A stretch of DNA of 64,000 nt from Octopus sinensis (Eukaryota): NCBI RefSeq assembly GCF_006345805.1, contig NC_043001.1, positions 41,726,001 through 41,790,000 of the forward strand, read 5' to 3'. The notes below the pieces were generated by a model. The model worked only from the letters and a program-made list of their open reading frames with translations, searched no databases and was not told the DNA's origin. Shown here in pieces: positions 26,425 through 38,660 of this stretch. Within the stretch, counting starts at the first letter, position 1. Each line of letters begins with the position of its first letter. The position numbers and the translations under genes are program-made.

Positions 26425-26814
26425 AACAACAAACAAGATGAGGACAAATATCCGTCAAATGTAAATAATGTACAATAGGTTGTTGTTCACAAATTGCAAT
26501 ATTGAATTAATTGTAATACGTTCATAGACTCATAAGCTCACTACATAGTTTCATGCTGGTCAGAAACAGCGAAAATATTGAAGAATCTACCATTTATAAA
26601 GAGATTTTGGCAATTTTTTGTTTTAACCTGCCAAATCAGAAATCTTGATTTCCTGTAAATTTTTATATATATAAGGGGCGGAAAGCAAATTCATTCCTGT
26701 AAGCGACAAATCTGGTACTTTGCAATCTAGGTCCTAGATAAACTCAAACACTATATATATATATATGCATATGCATACACACACACATGCCATGCGCACA
26801 CTCATTAAAATAGG

Positions 26815-27570
26815 AAAATGGACAAATCACAAACCCCTTCAGGGAGATACTTAGAAGTAGTAGGTTGCTTCCATTACCTAGGTGACCTAGCAGCAGTGGA
26901 GATGGATGGATACTCTAAGAGCATAGCTGCTAGATTAAGAATAGGCTGGGCAAAGTCCAGAGAGCGTCTGCTTTTGTTGGTAACAAAGGGTCTCTCCCTC
27001 AGAGTGAAAGGCAGATTGTATGATGCATGTGTGTGAACAGCCATATTGCATTGCAATGAAACATGGGCTGTAATTGCAGAGGACATGTGAAGTCTTGAAA
27101 GAAATGAAGCTAGTAAGCTTAACTAGATGTACAATGTCAATGTGCACATATGACAGAGAAAAATTACATCTTGAGAGAAAAATCGGGTATAAGATGCAGG
27201 AGGTGATGTGTATGGACAAGGACAGCTGCATAAAGAACTGTGGAGGGAACCTGTGGATGAGGTAGACTTGGGAAAACATGGGATGAGGTGGTGAAGTATC
27301 ATCTTTGGATGAGAGGTGATGACAAGTGACTGAGACCTTTGGCGATTTGCTGTACTTGAGAAGACATATCAAGCTAAGTGAAATCGTGGTTGTGGCCTGT
27401 GCCAGTGACATGTAAAAAGCACCTAGTACACTCTGTAGAATGGTTGGCATTAGGAACAGCATCCAGCCATAGAGACCAAGCCAAAATAGACTGGAGTCCA
27501 GTGCAGTTCTCCAGCTTACCAGCACCAGGTTCACCCATGCTAGCATGGAAAATGACACTGATTGGTGATG
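26815..27570 (+). mobile_element. RTE LINE 3' fragment with 3' UTR
   Basis: LEVVGCFHYLGD...RLRIGWAK..VTKGLSLRVKGRLYDACV; UTR ggttggcattaggaacagcatccagcc...ccatgctagcatgg. Confidence 0.85.
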
Positions 27571-27574
27571 GAGT

Positions 27575-27784
27575 CATTTCAGCAGACCTTATCAATAGGT
27601 TTTGCACTAGGTACTAAAACTGGATGTTAGGTAACACTGTTAAGTAATACCACATGCTCTTCAGAGATAGCAGGTATGGAAAAACGAATATGGTGGTCTT
27701 TCACAGTATTACTTAACTGTGCTGTTTTGTAACATCCAGTTTTAGTACCTAGTGTGAAACTGATTGGTAAGGTTGGCTGTAATG
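27575..27784. mobile_element. ~210-bp MITE-like hairpin element
   Basis: Perfect 25-bp inverted core CACTAGGTACTAAAACTGGATGTTA / TAACATCCAGTTTTAGTACCTAGTG with imperfect pairing on both sides. Confidence 0.65.
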
Positions 27785-27989
27785 GATCTATAATACTGAT
27801 GCACCTCTTTTCTGACTTATGAATTCTTAGACAACTATATGCATGATTTATGTTGATGTTATAAATATATATGATTCAACTACTTTGAATGTTTTCATTT
27901 ATGCATTCGGGAATCTGTTTGCCTGCAATTTGCGTTTTCAGTTTTCTCTACTTTGTATTTTTTAACAACTATATATATATATATAGTCG

Positions 27990-28345
27990 TGAAGAAAGTG
28001 CATGGCCTGCTGGTTAAGGTGTTAGACTCATGATTGCGTGGTTTCAATTCCTAGACAGAGTGGTGCGTTTTGTTCTTGAGCAAAACACTTCATCTCACAT
28101 TTCTCTACAATCACTTCAACAGTGTTCTTGAGCAAAACACTTCATCTCACATTTCTCTACAATCACTTCAACAGCTGGCACATGGTACACAGTGTACCTG
28201 CTCAGGCATCATCAATTTGATGGAGGCAGTGAGCTAAAATATATGGTCCATACATTTGATCACTAGAAACAAATCATATCTGAAGGTCGTTCAGCAAAAG
28301 CTGAACACTCATATGTCGTCTTACATGGGAGAGTACATCACATGT
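27990..28345 (+). mobile_element. tRNA-derived SINE with an internal 52-bp tandem duplication
   Basis: Head gcatggcctgctggttaagg...gtttcaattcc; tgttcttgagcaaaacacttcatc...caacag occurs at 28071-28122 and 28123-28174. Confidence 0.65.
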
Positions 28346-28452
28346 ATGTATGTATATCTATTGTTATTTTATTTATTTCAAGATTTCTTGTGAATAGAGA
28401 AAGAGTCAGTTTCTAAGACTCCTTCATTGGAATTTCAACATCAGTTGGGTAT

Positions 28453-28557
<105 letters not shown>

Positions 28558-29487
28558 TTGTATGTTTTGTTTTATGTATGTTTTCCCATGTTTATAGTTG
28601 CATATCTAGACATGCTCATATATACTTAAATGATAAACTCATGGAAAGTTTTACAGATTTTTAGTTCCAGTGATGGATTGAATCTGTAGTCTTTGAATCA
28701 CCTTTCTCCTTTCTGGTTTTGAGAAGCCTATTTCTCAAGATTGGTATTTAGGCAGTGTGTTAGATGTCTCAGTGACCCAATAATTACACGTATGAACCTG
28801 AACTTGTGCATACTGTGTATGTAGGTATGTGTGTGTGTATGTATGCATGCATGCATCTATCTATCATATTGCACTACAGTGTATATAATGCAGGTTTTTG
28901 TAACTTTCAATAACTTCTCAACTTTTTTTTAGTTGCCTTAACCCTGCTTATTTATATTGAACCTCATGTCTACTCTAACCAACAATTGAAAACATTCTAG
29001 TCATGGCTGCTACTTGTTTTTCTAGGTGTGATATATTAAGGCTAGGTTATTCATTTCTTCTTTCCTTTCTCATGACAAAAGGATATAGTCTGAGAGAAAT
29101 TTGGCTGTTAATTTAAACAGCTTAATTGACTGGATATACACTCCCTCATTTGCTTGACTTATTTTTGCATGATGCTTTTGATTTTATTTACAAAATTTTA
29201 TATCACTGCTGGAGGACAATAGTGTCATTGGTTACAGGTTTTCAAGCAGTCATTGGTCCTTGGCATTTTTCACTGGCACTGAGAGCCTGTGTCTTGATAC
29301 AGAAAAAATATCTTGATGTTGTTTTTTATTCTTTTTTTCCTAGCTGATATTTATACTTAGGCATGTCTGTGTGGTAAGAAGCCTGCTTCCCAACCACATC
29401 ATTCTAGGTTCAGTCCCACTGCATGGCATGCAAACACACCAACACCAGTTGTCAGGTGGTGGTGTGAGAACACACACACACACACAT

Positions 29488-29540
<53 letters not shown>

Positions 29541-29561
<21 letters not shown>

Positions 29562-30559
29562 GAAGGTTTGGAGATGATGTACAGGTATTATATATTAGAA
29601 GAAATGAGGTAATCAGAAGATCCTATGGTTTATATTTACAGATATTTATTTATATATTACATTTTTTATATATGTATATCATGTGGGGAATTTTAATAGC
29701 ATGTGTGTGTGTGTGTGTTTGTATCTGAGATGAGTGCTAAAGAGAAAGAGGGGGAGGAAGAGGGAAGAAGGAAAGAATTTTTTTGGTCTGCTGGACAGAA
29801 TATTGACTCCAAGGGGTTCTAAGAATTTCAGCTTTGACCACTTCACAGTGTCACTGAGTGTGTGGTGGCAGGGAAGTAGGCCATAAATTATATTTCCTTT
29901 TATCATTGTGAGAATGGTCAAATGCTTTTTGTGGAGGTGTGTGTGTGTCTGTGTGTTTGGAGAAGGGGAGAGAGACAAAAAAAGAAAAAAAAATAAGGGA
30001 GGAAGGGGAAAAAATTGTGTTGATATTTATACCACTATATATATATATACATGCTTATACATGAAATATTTGAAAAAAACCTTTTATAGGTTCAAAATGA
30101 ACAACTAAATTACACCATCTTGAAAATTGTATATCATAGGAAAGTTAAAATTAAGTGACAATTAAAAAGTAAAGTTGAAGTAAATTATAAAAATAACATA
30201 ATGTATATAACAGGCAATATATATATATATATACACACACACATATATATACATATACAGACATATACTAAATGTTCTACTATATTAGATTGTAAATCGA
30301 AAGATGTGTCCTTCAATGTCACTATATATATATACATGCTTATACATGAAATATTAGAAAAAAACACCTTCTATCGATTCAAAATGAACAATCAAATTTC
30401 ACCATCTTGAAAATTGCATATCATAGGAAGGTTAAAATTAGAATGACAATTGGCAAGTAAAGATCAAGTAAATAATCTCATCATACATTGAAGGACAAAT
30501 CTTTCGATTTACAATATAATATAGTAGAACATTTAATATGTGTGTGTGTATATATATAT

Positions 30560-30592
<33 letters not shown>

Positions 30593-32752
30593 TGGAAGGT
30601 TTGGAGATGATGTACAGGTATTATATATTAGAAGAAATGAGGTAATCAGAAGATCCTATGGTTTATATTTACAGATATTTATTTATATATTACATTTTTT
30701 ATATATGTATATCATGTGGGGAATTTTAATAGCATGTGTGTGTGTGTGTGTGTTTGTATCTGAGATGAGTGCTAAAGAGAAAGAGGGGGAGGAAGAGGGA
30801 AGAAGGAAAGAATTTTTTTGGTCTGCTGGACAGAATATTGACTCCAAGGGGGTTCTAAGAATTTCAGCTTTGACCACTTCACAGTGTCACTGAGTGTGTG
30901 GTGGCAGGGAAGTAGGCCATAAATTATATTTCCTTTTATCATTGTGAGAATGGTCAAATGCTTTTTGTGGAGGTGTGTGTGTGTCTGTGTGTTTGGAGAA
31001 GGGGAGAGAGACAAAAAAAGAAAAAAAAATAAGGGAGGAAGGGGAAAAAATTGTGTTGATATTTATACCACTATATATATATATACATGCTTATACATGA
31101 AATATTTGAAAAAAACCTTTTATAGGTTCAAAATGAACAACTAAATTACACCATCTTGAAAATTGTATATCATAGGAAAGTTAAAATTAAGTGACAATTA
31201 AAAAGTAAAGTTGAAGTAAATTATAAAAATAACATAATGTATATAACAGGCAATATATATATATATATACACACACACATATATATACATATACAGACAT
31301 ATACTAAATGTTCTACTATATTAGATTGTAAATCGAAAGATGTGTCCTTCAATGTCACTATATATATATACATGCTTATACATGAAATATTAGAAAAAAA
31401 CACCTTCTATCGATTCAAAATGAACAATCAAATTTCACCATCTTGAAAATTGCATATCATAGGAAGGTTAAAATTAGAATGACAATTGGCAAGTAAAGAT
31501 CAAGTAAATAATCTCATCATACATTGAAGGACAAATCTTTCGATTTACAATATAATATAGTAGAACATTTAATATGTGTGTGTGTATATATATATATATA
31601 TGTGTGTGTATATATATATTACCTGTTATATACATTATATTATTTTTGTAATTTACTTGATCTTTACTTGTCAATTGTCATTCTAATTTTAACCTTCCTA
31701 TGATATGCAATTTTCAAGATGGTGTAATTTGATTGTTCATTTTGAATTGATAGAAGGTGTTTTTTTCTAATATTTCATGTATAAGCATATATATATATAG
31801 TGACATTGAAGGACACATCTTTCGATTTACAATCTAATATAGTAGAACATTTAGTATATGTCTGTATATGTATATATATGTGTGTGTGTGTGTATATATA
31901 TATTGCCTGTTATATACATTGTTATTTTTATAATTTACTTCATCTTTACTTTTTAATTGTCACTTAATTTTAACTTTCCTATGATATACAATTTTCAAGA
32001 TGGTGTAATTTAGTTGTTCATTTTGAACCTATAAAAGGTTTTTTTCAAATATTTCATGTATAAGCATGTATATATATATATAGTGGTATAAATATCAACA
32101 CAATTTTTTCCCCTTCCTCCCTTATTTTTCTTTTTCTTTTTTTGTCTCTCTCCCCTTCTCCAAACACACAGACACACACACACACACACAAACACACACA
32201 GACACTCACACACACACCTCAACAAAATGATCTTAACAAGTGGAAAGAATTCTTAAACCCAAAAAAGCATTTGACCATTCTCACAATGATAAAAGGAAAT
32301 ATAATTTATGGCCTACCTCCCTGCCACCACACTCTCAGTGACACTGTTAAGTGGTCAAAGCTGAAATTCTTAGAACCCCCTTGGAGTCAATATTCTGTCC
32401 AGCAGACCAAAAAAATTCTTTCCTTCTTCTTCCCTCTCCCTCCCCCTGCTTTCTCTTTAGCACTCACCTCAGATACAAACACACACACATACACACATGC
32501 TTTCTCTCTCACTTTCTCCTCATCCACCTCACCCTCTTGTACTGTCTTATATTCCTCCCCACCACTATGAAGCTCTATAAAATGATTAAAATTCCCCACA
32601 AAGGAACTTATTTTGATTTGAAAACCCCACTAGAATGGGAGAAAGCGCTAATGATCTAAGTGATATGATATACATATATAAAAAATGTAATATATAAATA
32701 AATATCTGTAAATATAAGCCATCCAATCTTCTGATTACCTCATTTCTTCTAA
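29541..32752. repeat. ~1.04-kb tandem duplication fused to an inverted (fold-back) copy
   Basis: Identical ORF translations 1036 bp apart (29908/30944, 30185/31221, 30201/31237); 31510-32752 is the reverse complement of the same unit with two extra segments. Confidence 0.9.
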
Positions 32753-32753
32753 T

Positions 32754-35700
32754 CATCATCATCATCATCATCATTTAGCGTCCGTTTTCCATGCTAGCAT
32801 GGGTTGGACGGTTCTACTGGGGTCTGTGAAGCCAGAAGGCTTCATCAGGCCCAGTCAAATCTGGCAGTGTTTCTACGGCTGGATGCCCTTCCTAACGCCA
32901 ACCACTCCGTGAGTGTAGTGGGTGCTTTTTACGTGCCACCCGCACTGGTGCCAGACAGAGCTGGCAAACGGCCACGAACGGATGGTGCTTTTTATGTGCC
33001 ACCGGCACGAGGGCCAGGCGAGGCTGGCAACGGACACGAAACGGGGCGGTGCTGGCAACGGTCGCGAAACGGAAAGTTCTCTTACATTCCACCGGCACTG
33101 GTAACACATCTGCAATTTCCATTGATCGATTTCGATTCTGATCCTCACTTGCCTCAATGGGTCTTCACAAGCAGAGTTTCGACATGCCACGGCACTGGTA
33201 GCACATCCGCAATTTCCATTGATCGATTTCGATTCTGATCCTCACTTGCCTCAACACGTCTTCACAAGTAGAGTTTTGTGTCCCAAGAAGGAAGGTATGC
33301 ATACGTAGGCTGGCTCCATCCCATGTAGAAGGCCACGGGTTGTGGACTCACTTGTCCTGCCGGGTCTTCTCGCGCACAGCACACTTCCAGAGTCTCGTCT
33401 CTAGTCATTTCCTCAGTGAGACCTAAAGTTCGAAGGTCGTGCTTCACCACCACTCATCCCAGGTTTTCCTGGTCTGCCTCTTCCACAGGTTCCCTCAACC
33501 GCTAGGGTGTGGCACTTTTTCACACAACTATCTTCATCCATTCTCGCCACATGACCATACCAGCGCAAACGTCTCTCTTGCACACCACAACTGATGCTTC
33601 TTAGGTCCAGCTTTTCTCTCAAGGTACTTACACTCTGCCGAGTGTGAGTACCGGCATTACACATCCATCAGAGCATACTGGCTTCATTTCTAGCGAGCTT
33701 ACGCATATCCTCAGCAGTCACGGCCCATGTTTCACTGCCATGTAGCATGGCTGTTCGTACACACGCATCATACAGTCTGCCTTTCACTCTGTGCGAGAGG
33801 CCTTTTGTCACCAGCAGAGGTAAGAGCTCTCTGAACTTTGCCCAAGCTATTCTTACTCTAGCAGTTACACTTTCAGCACACCCGCCCCCGCTGCTGACTT
33901 GGTCACCTAGGTAACGGAAACTATCAACTATTTCTAGTTTTTCTCCCTGGAAAGTGACGGAAGTTGGTCTCAGAGCATTTTCAGTGTTTATTGTTCCTGA
34001 GCATCTGCCACATACAAAAACCATCTTCCTAGTTAGCCTTCCTTTGACATTGCTGCATCTCTTATGTGTCCATAGCTTACACTTGGTGCATCTTATAGAG
34101 TTTCTACCTACACCTTTTCTACAGATCGCAGGCCATCACCTCCCTGAGGTGTTTGTGATTTGTCTACCTTCCTACTGATTACGACTGGTTTTAGCTAGAT
34201 TGACTCTGAGGCCCTTCGATTCTAATCCTTGTTTCCACACCTGAAACTTCTCCTCCAGTTCTGATAGTGACTCAGCAATTAGAGCAAGGTCATCAGCATA
34301 GAGGAGCTCCCAAGGGCATCCTGTCTTGAATTCCTCCGTTATTGCCTGGAGGACTATGAAAATAGGAGGGGGCTGAGTACTGAGCCTTGGTGGACCCCTA
34401 CCTCTACTCGAATTCTTCACTGTACTCATTTCCAACCCTCACCCTACTAGCGGCGTCCCTATACAGGCCCGCACAGCTCTCACTAACCATTCATCTATCC
34501 CTAGTTTTCTCATTGCCCACCAGATAAGGGATCGGGGGACCCTGTCGAAGGCTTTCTCCATGTCAACAAAAGCCAGGTACAGGGGCTTATCTTTGGCTAG
34601 GTATTTCTCCTGCAGCTGCCTTACCAGGAATATAGCATCAGTAGTACTTTTCCCTGGCACAAACCCAAACTGCATCTCATCTAAACTAACTCTCTCTCTA
34701 ATTAGTTGGGCTATGACCCTCTCCGTAACCTTCATCACCTGGTCCAACAGCTTGATACCTCTGTAGTTATTTGTGTCTAGGGCATCACCTTTACCTTTGT
34801 AGCAGTTGACTATTATACTGCTACACCAGTCATTGGGTATGACCCCTTTGTGTATCACCTGATTAACTATATGGGTGACTAGGCTATAGCCGACACTACC
34901 AGACATTTTGAGCATCTCTGCAGTGATTCCTGATGGGCCTGGGGCTTTCCCTGTCTTCATGCTTCTAATTGCCTTAGCTACCACAGAACTATCAACTCGG
35001 ATAGCTGGTCCCTCTGTTGGGTCAACATTCGGCAGACTCTCTTTATCCCATTCATTTTCTTCATTCAGCAACCTTTCATAGTGGCATCTCCAAACCTCTC
35101 TCTTTGCATCCTCATTTAGCGCAAGTGAACCATCTTCCATGCGAACACACTTCTCTCCTACCACATCACGATTCTCTCTCACACACTGTCTTGCAACACG
35201 AAACACCTCCAGTCTTTGGTCCTCACGGCGCAGAACATTGGCAAATTTTTTCTTATCCGCTTCCCCTCTGGCTAAATAAACCTGTCTCCTAGCTTCTCTT
35301 TTGGCAGTCTGATACAATTCCCTGCTACCCCCATTTTCCCAGACCTTCCAAGCCTGTCTCTTTTCTCTAATAGCCCTGTCTACAATATTGTTCCACCACC
35401 ACGTTATTCTAGGTCGAGAGGGGACTTTGCACCAGCCACAGATCTGGTCAGTAGCTCTCAGCAGGTTGTCCCTTAGAAACGTCCAGCTGTCTTCTACCCA
35501 CCCCCTGATGCTCTATCCCCCCTTCTACTTCGTCAGAGGCTTCAAGTAATATGTCCCTAAATCTCTGTCCATTTGCAGGATCTTTAAGCTTCCAGATACT
35601 TCTTCTCCATATTTGTCGTCTTCTGGTTGTCCTCCTAGTCCTGATCCTAAAGTCACTAACTACCAGTCTATGTTGTGGGGTACATTCTTCACCTGGGAAG

Positions 35701-38461
35701 GTTTTGGCATTTATAAGCAGCCATCTCTCCCTTTGCCTTGTAAGGATGTAGTCAATTTGGCTGGTATGTTGGCCCGATTGGTAAGTGACTAGGTGGCTGG
35801 TAGGTTTCCTGAAGTTAGTGTTGCAAATCATAAGATTATTTGCATCGCAGAACTTCCAGCAGCCTGGTTCCCTCCTCGTTGCGGGAGCCATAGCTATAGC
35901 CTCCATGTACGCCATGGAAGCCCCGCATGTCGTCCAACGTGACCATTGAAGTCACCAGCCACAAAGATAAGGTCTCTGTCGTTCGTCAATGAGGTAGTCT
36001 GCAGTAGAGTGTCATAGAATCGGTCTTTCTGTCCATCGGGTAGCCCCGACTGAGGAGCATAGGCTGATATAATGGTTGCTAAACTATGATGAAGCACTAA
36101 TCTAATCTTAAGCATTCTGTCACTTACTCTGATTACCTCAATTACTTTATCTACCCATTTCTCAGCGATAAGTATACCCACGCCACCAACCCCGTCAGTG
36201 TTCCCTGCCCAGAAAATCTTGTACCTGCGTTCCTTGCCTGTGAGGAACCTAGCTGATCCTCCTCTCCACCTTATTTCTTGCATGCAACATATATCCACAC
36301 ATCTCCGTTCAAGCATCTCGACTATCTCACCAGACCTACCTTTCAGAGTGCCAACGTGAGGGTGCCAACCCTGAGGGTGTGGAAGGCATGGGCTCTAGAG
36401 ACCCTGGACAGTGGACAGTAGCTTCGTGTACCTGAAAAGAAAGCTCGCATTTGGCAGAATTCATGTGCAAGAAATGAAGTAGTAAAGTAGCCTTCAGTAC
36501 AACCTGCATAACACTAGCCTTTCATATTTTGCACTGTATGAACATTACCTTACATAGGTCGAGACTAGGGGTAGGGAGGGGTAGGGATGGTGAGAGCATT
36601 TGCAGTCTTCATGGGAAGCAACCCCGGAATGGAAGAGAATAGGAACTTCCAGCATGCGTGGTGGGGTTGGGAGGGCGGGTGCACCGTAGCTGAGTAAAGA
36701 GGTTCTGTTAATCGTGAGCTAGCAAATGGGTTTGTATGAATCGGGAGACAATACTAAACGAAAAATTGAAAAATTGAAAAATCAGAGTGGCTATGAACCT
36801 GGAGACAAGTCTAAACGAAAAAAAAATGTTTGAGCTAGATAGGGTAATGAGGGAATACTGAAAGAATGAGGGACAATACAATGAGATGGAAATTGAAGAA
36901 TAGAGAAAGAATAAGGATAAGTGCAAGAAAGAAGGTAGTCGTAGCGAGGTTGGACGATTCACTTAACTTTTAGCCATTCATGATCTGTGCGTATTCTTTA
37001 GATATTTTGAAGCGAGTGGGGTTAACGATAAATGCGATCGCTCTTTTATGTATGGCGATGATGGTCTTGGGGAGGGGGGGCATAGAGGACCATGGCGATG
37101 ATGGTTATGGGAAGGGGGGACATAGCGAGAGAGAGATAGGTTAGTTAGAGAGAGAGGTCAAGGACACGTGACAATAAGCGGTGTGAGGGAATTTGACTGG
37201 GGACGGCATTGTCGATAAATAAACATTAGATAAATAGGTTTGAAAATCAGAAAAATCAGAGGGAATATCATTATTGATAGCTAATATAACACCGTAGCTG
37301 AGTAAAGAGGTTCTGTTATCGTGAGCTAGCAAATGGGTTTGTATGAATCGGGAGACAATACTAAACGAAAAATTGAAAAATTGAAAAATCAGAGTGGCTA
37401 TGAACCTGGAGACAAGTCTAAACGAAAAAAAATGTTTGAGCTAGACAGGGTAATGAGGGAATACTGAAAGAATGAGGGACAATACAATGAGATGGAAATT
37501 GAAGAATAGAGAAAGAATAAGGATAAGTGCAAGAAAGAAGGTAGTCGTAGCGAGGTTGGACGATTCACTTAACTTTTAGCCATTCATGATCTGTGCGTAT
37601 TCTTTAGATATTTTGAAGCGAGTGGGGTAACGATAAATGCGATCGCTCTTTTATGTATGGCGATGATGGTCTTGGGGAGGGGGGGCATAGAGGACCATGG
37701 CGATGATGGTTATGGGAAGGGGGGACATAGCGAGAGAGAGATAGGGTTAGTTAGAGAGAGAGGTCAAGGGACACGTGACAATAAGCGGTGTGAGGGAATT
37801 TGACTGGGGACGGCATTGTCGATAAATAAACATTAGATAAATAGGTTTGAAAATCAGAAAAATCAGAGGGAATATCATTATTGATAGCTAATATAACACC
37901 GTAGCTGAGTAAAGAGGTTCTGTTAATCGTGAGCTAGCAAATGGGTTTGTATGAATCGGGAGACAATACTAAACGAAAAATTGAAAAATTGAAAAATCAG
38001 AGTGGCTATGAACCTGGAGACAAGTCTAAACGAAAAAAAATGTTTGAGCTAGACAGGGTAATGAGGGAATACTGAAAGAATGAGGGACAATACAATGAGA
38101 TGGAAATTGAAGAATAGAGAAAGAATAAGGATAAGTGCAAGAAAGAAGGTAGTCGTAGCGAGGTTGGACGATTCACTTAACTTTTAGCCATTCATGATCT
38201 GTGCGTATTCTTTAGATATTTTGAAGCGAGTGGGGTTAACGATAAATGCGATCGCTCTTTTATGTATGGTGATGATGGTCTTGGGGAAGGGGGGGGCATA
38301 GAGGACCATGGCGATGATGGTTATGGGAAGGGGGGACATAGCGAGAGAGAGAGATAGGGTTAGTTAGAGAGAGAGAGGTCAAGGGACACGTGACAATAAG
38401 CGGTGTGAGGGATTTGACTGGGGACGGCATTGTCGATAAATAAACATTAGATAAATAGGTT

Positions 38462-38464
<3 letters not shown>
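32754..38464 (-). mobile_element. Young, apparently full-length RTE LINE, antisense in intron 1 of the TGN38-like gene
   Basis: (CAT)n tail; 3' UTR; colinear APE (MLERRCVDICCMQEIRW..AGDFNGHVG) and RT (YRGIKLL, QFGF, DMEKAFDRVP, LLYADD, YLGD, RWYGHV) split by small frameshifts; 5' end in (TA)n. Confidence 0.95.
36682..38464 (-). repeat. Three ~607-bp tandem monomers at the RTE 5' end
   Basis: caccgtagctgagtaaagagg recurs at 36682, 37290 and 37897; copies near-identical; outermost copy lacks ~45 bp. Confidence 0.95.
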
Positions 38465-38499
<35 letters not shown>

Positions 38500-38504
<5 letters not shown>

Positions 38505-38660
38505 ACAGGCTTCTTTCACTTTTTGTCTACCAAATCCACTCACAAGACTTTGGTCAACCCAAGTCTATAGTAGAAGATACTTGCCAAAGGTGCCACATGG
38601 TGGGACTGAACCTGGAACCATGTGATTTGGAAGCAAGCTTCTCACTACACTGCCATGCCT
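38500..38660 (-). mobile_element. tRNA-derived SINE (family B)
   Basis: Reverse of ggcatggcagtgtagtgagaagcttgcttcc...ggttccaggttcagtccc...cctttggcaagt; related copies at 29362-29428 (+) and 62635-62752 (-). Confidence 0.75.

Larger units (their letters stand above)
25966..26474. mobile_element. Head-to-head palindromic dimer of a tRNA-headed, hammerhead-bearing Penelope-associated repeat
   Basis: Arms 26001-26239 and 26248-26474 are reverse complements around an 8-nt loop; each has A box TGGCGTAGTGG, B box G(A/G)GTTCGATTC-like, (AAT)n and a CTGATGA...GAA(A/G)C core. Confidence 0.8.
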
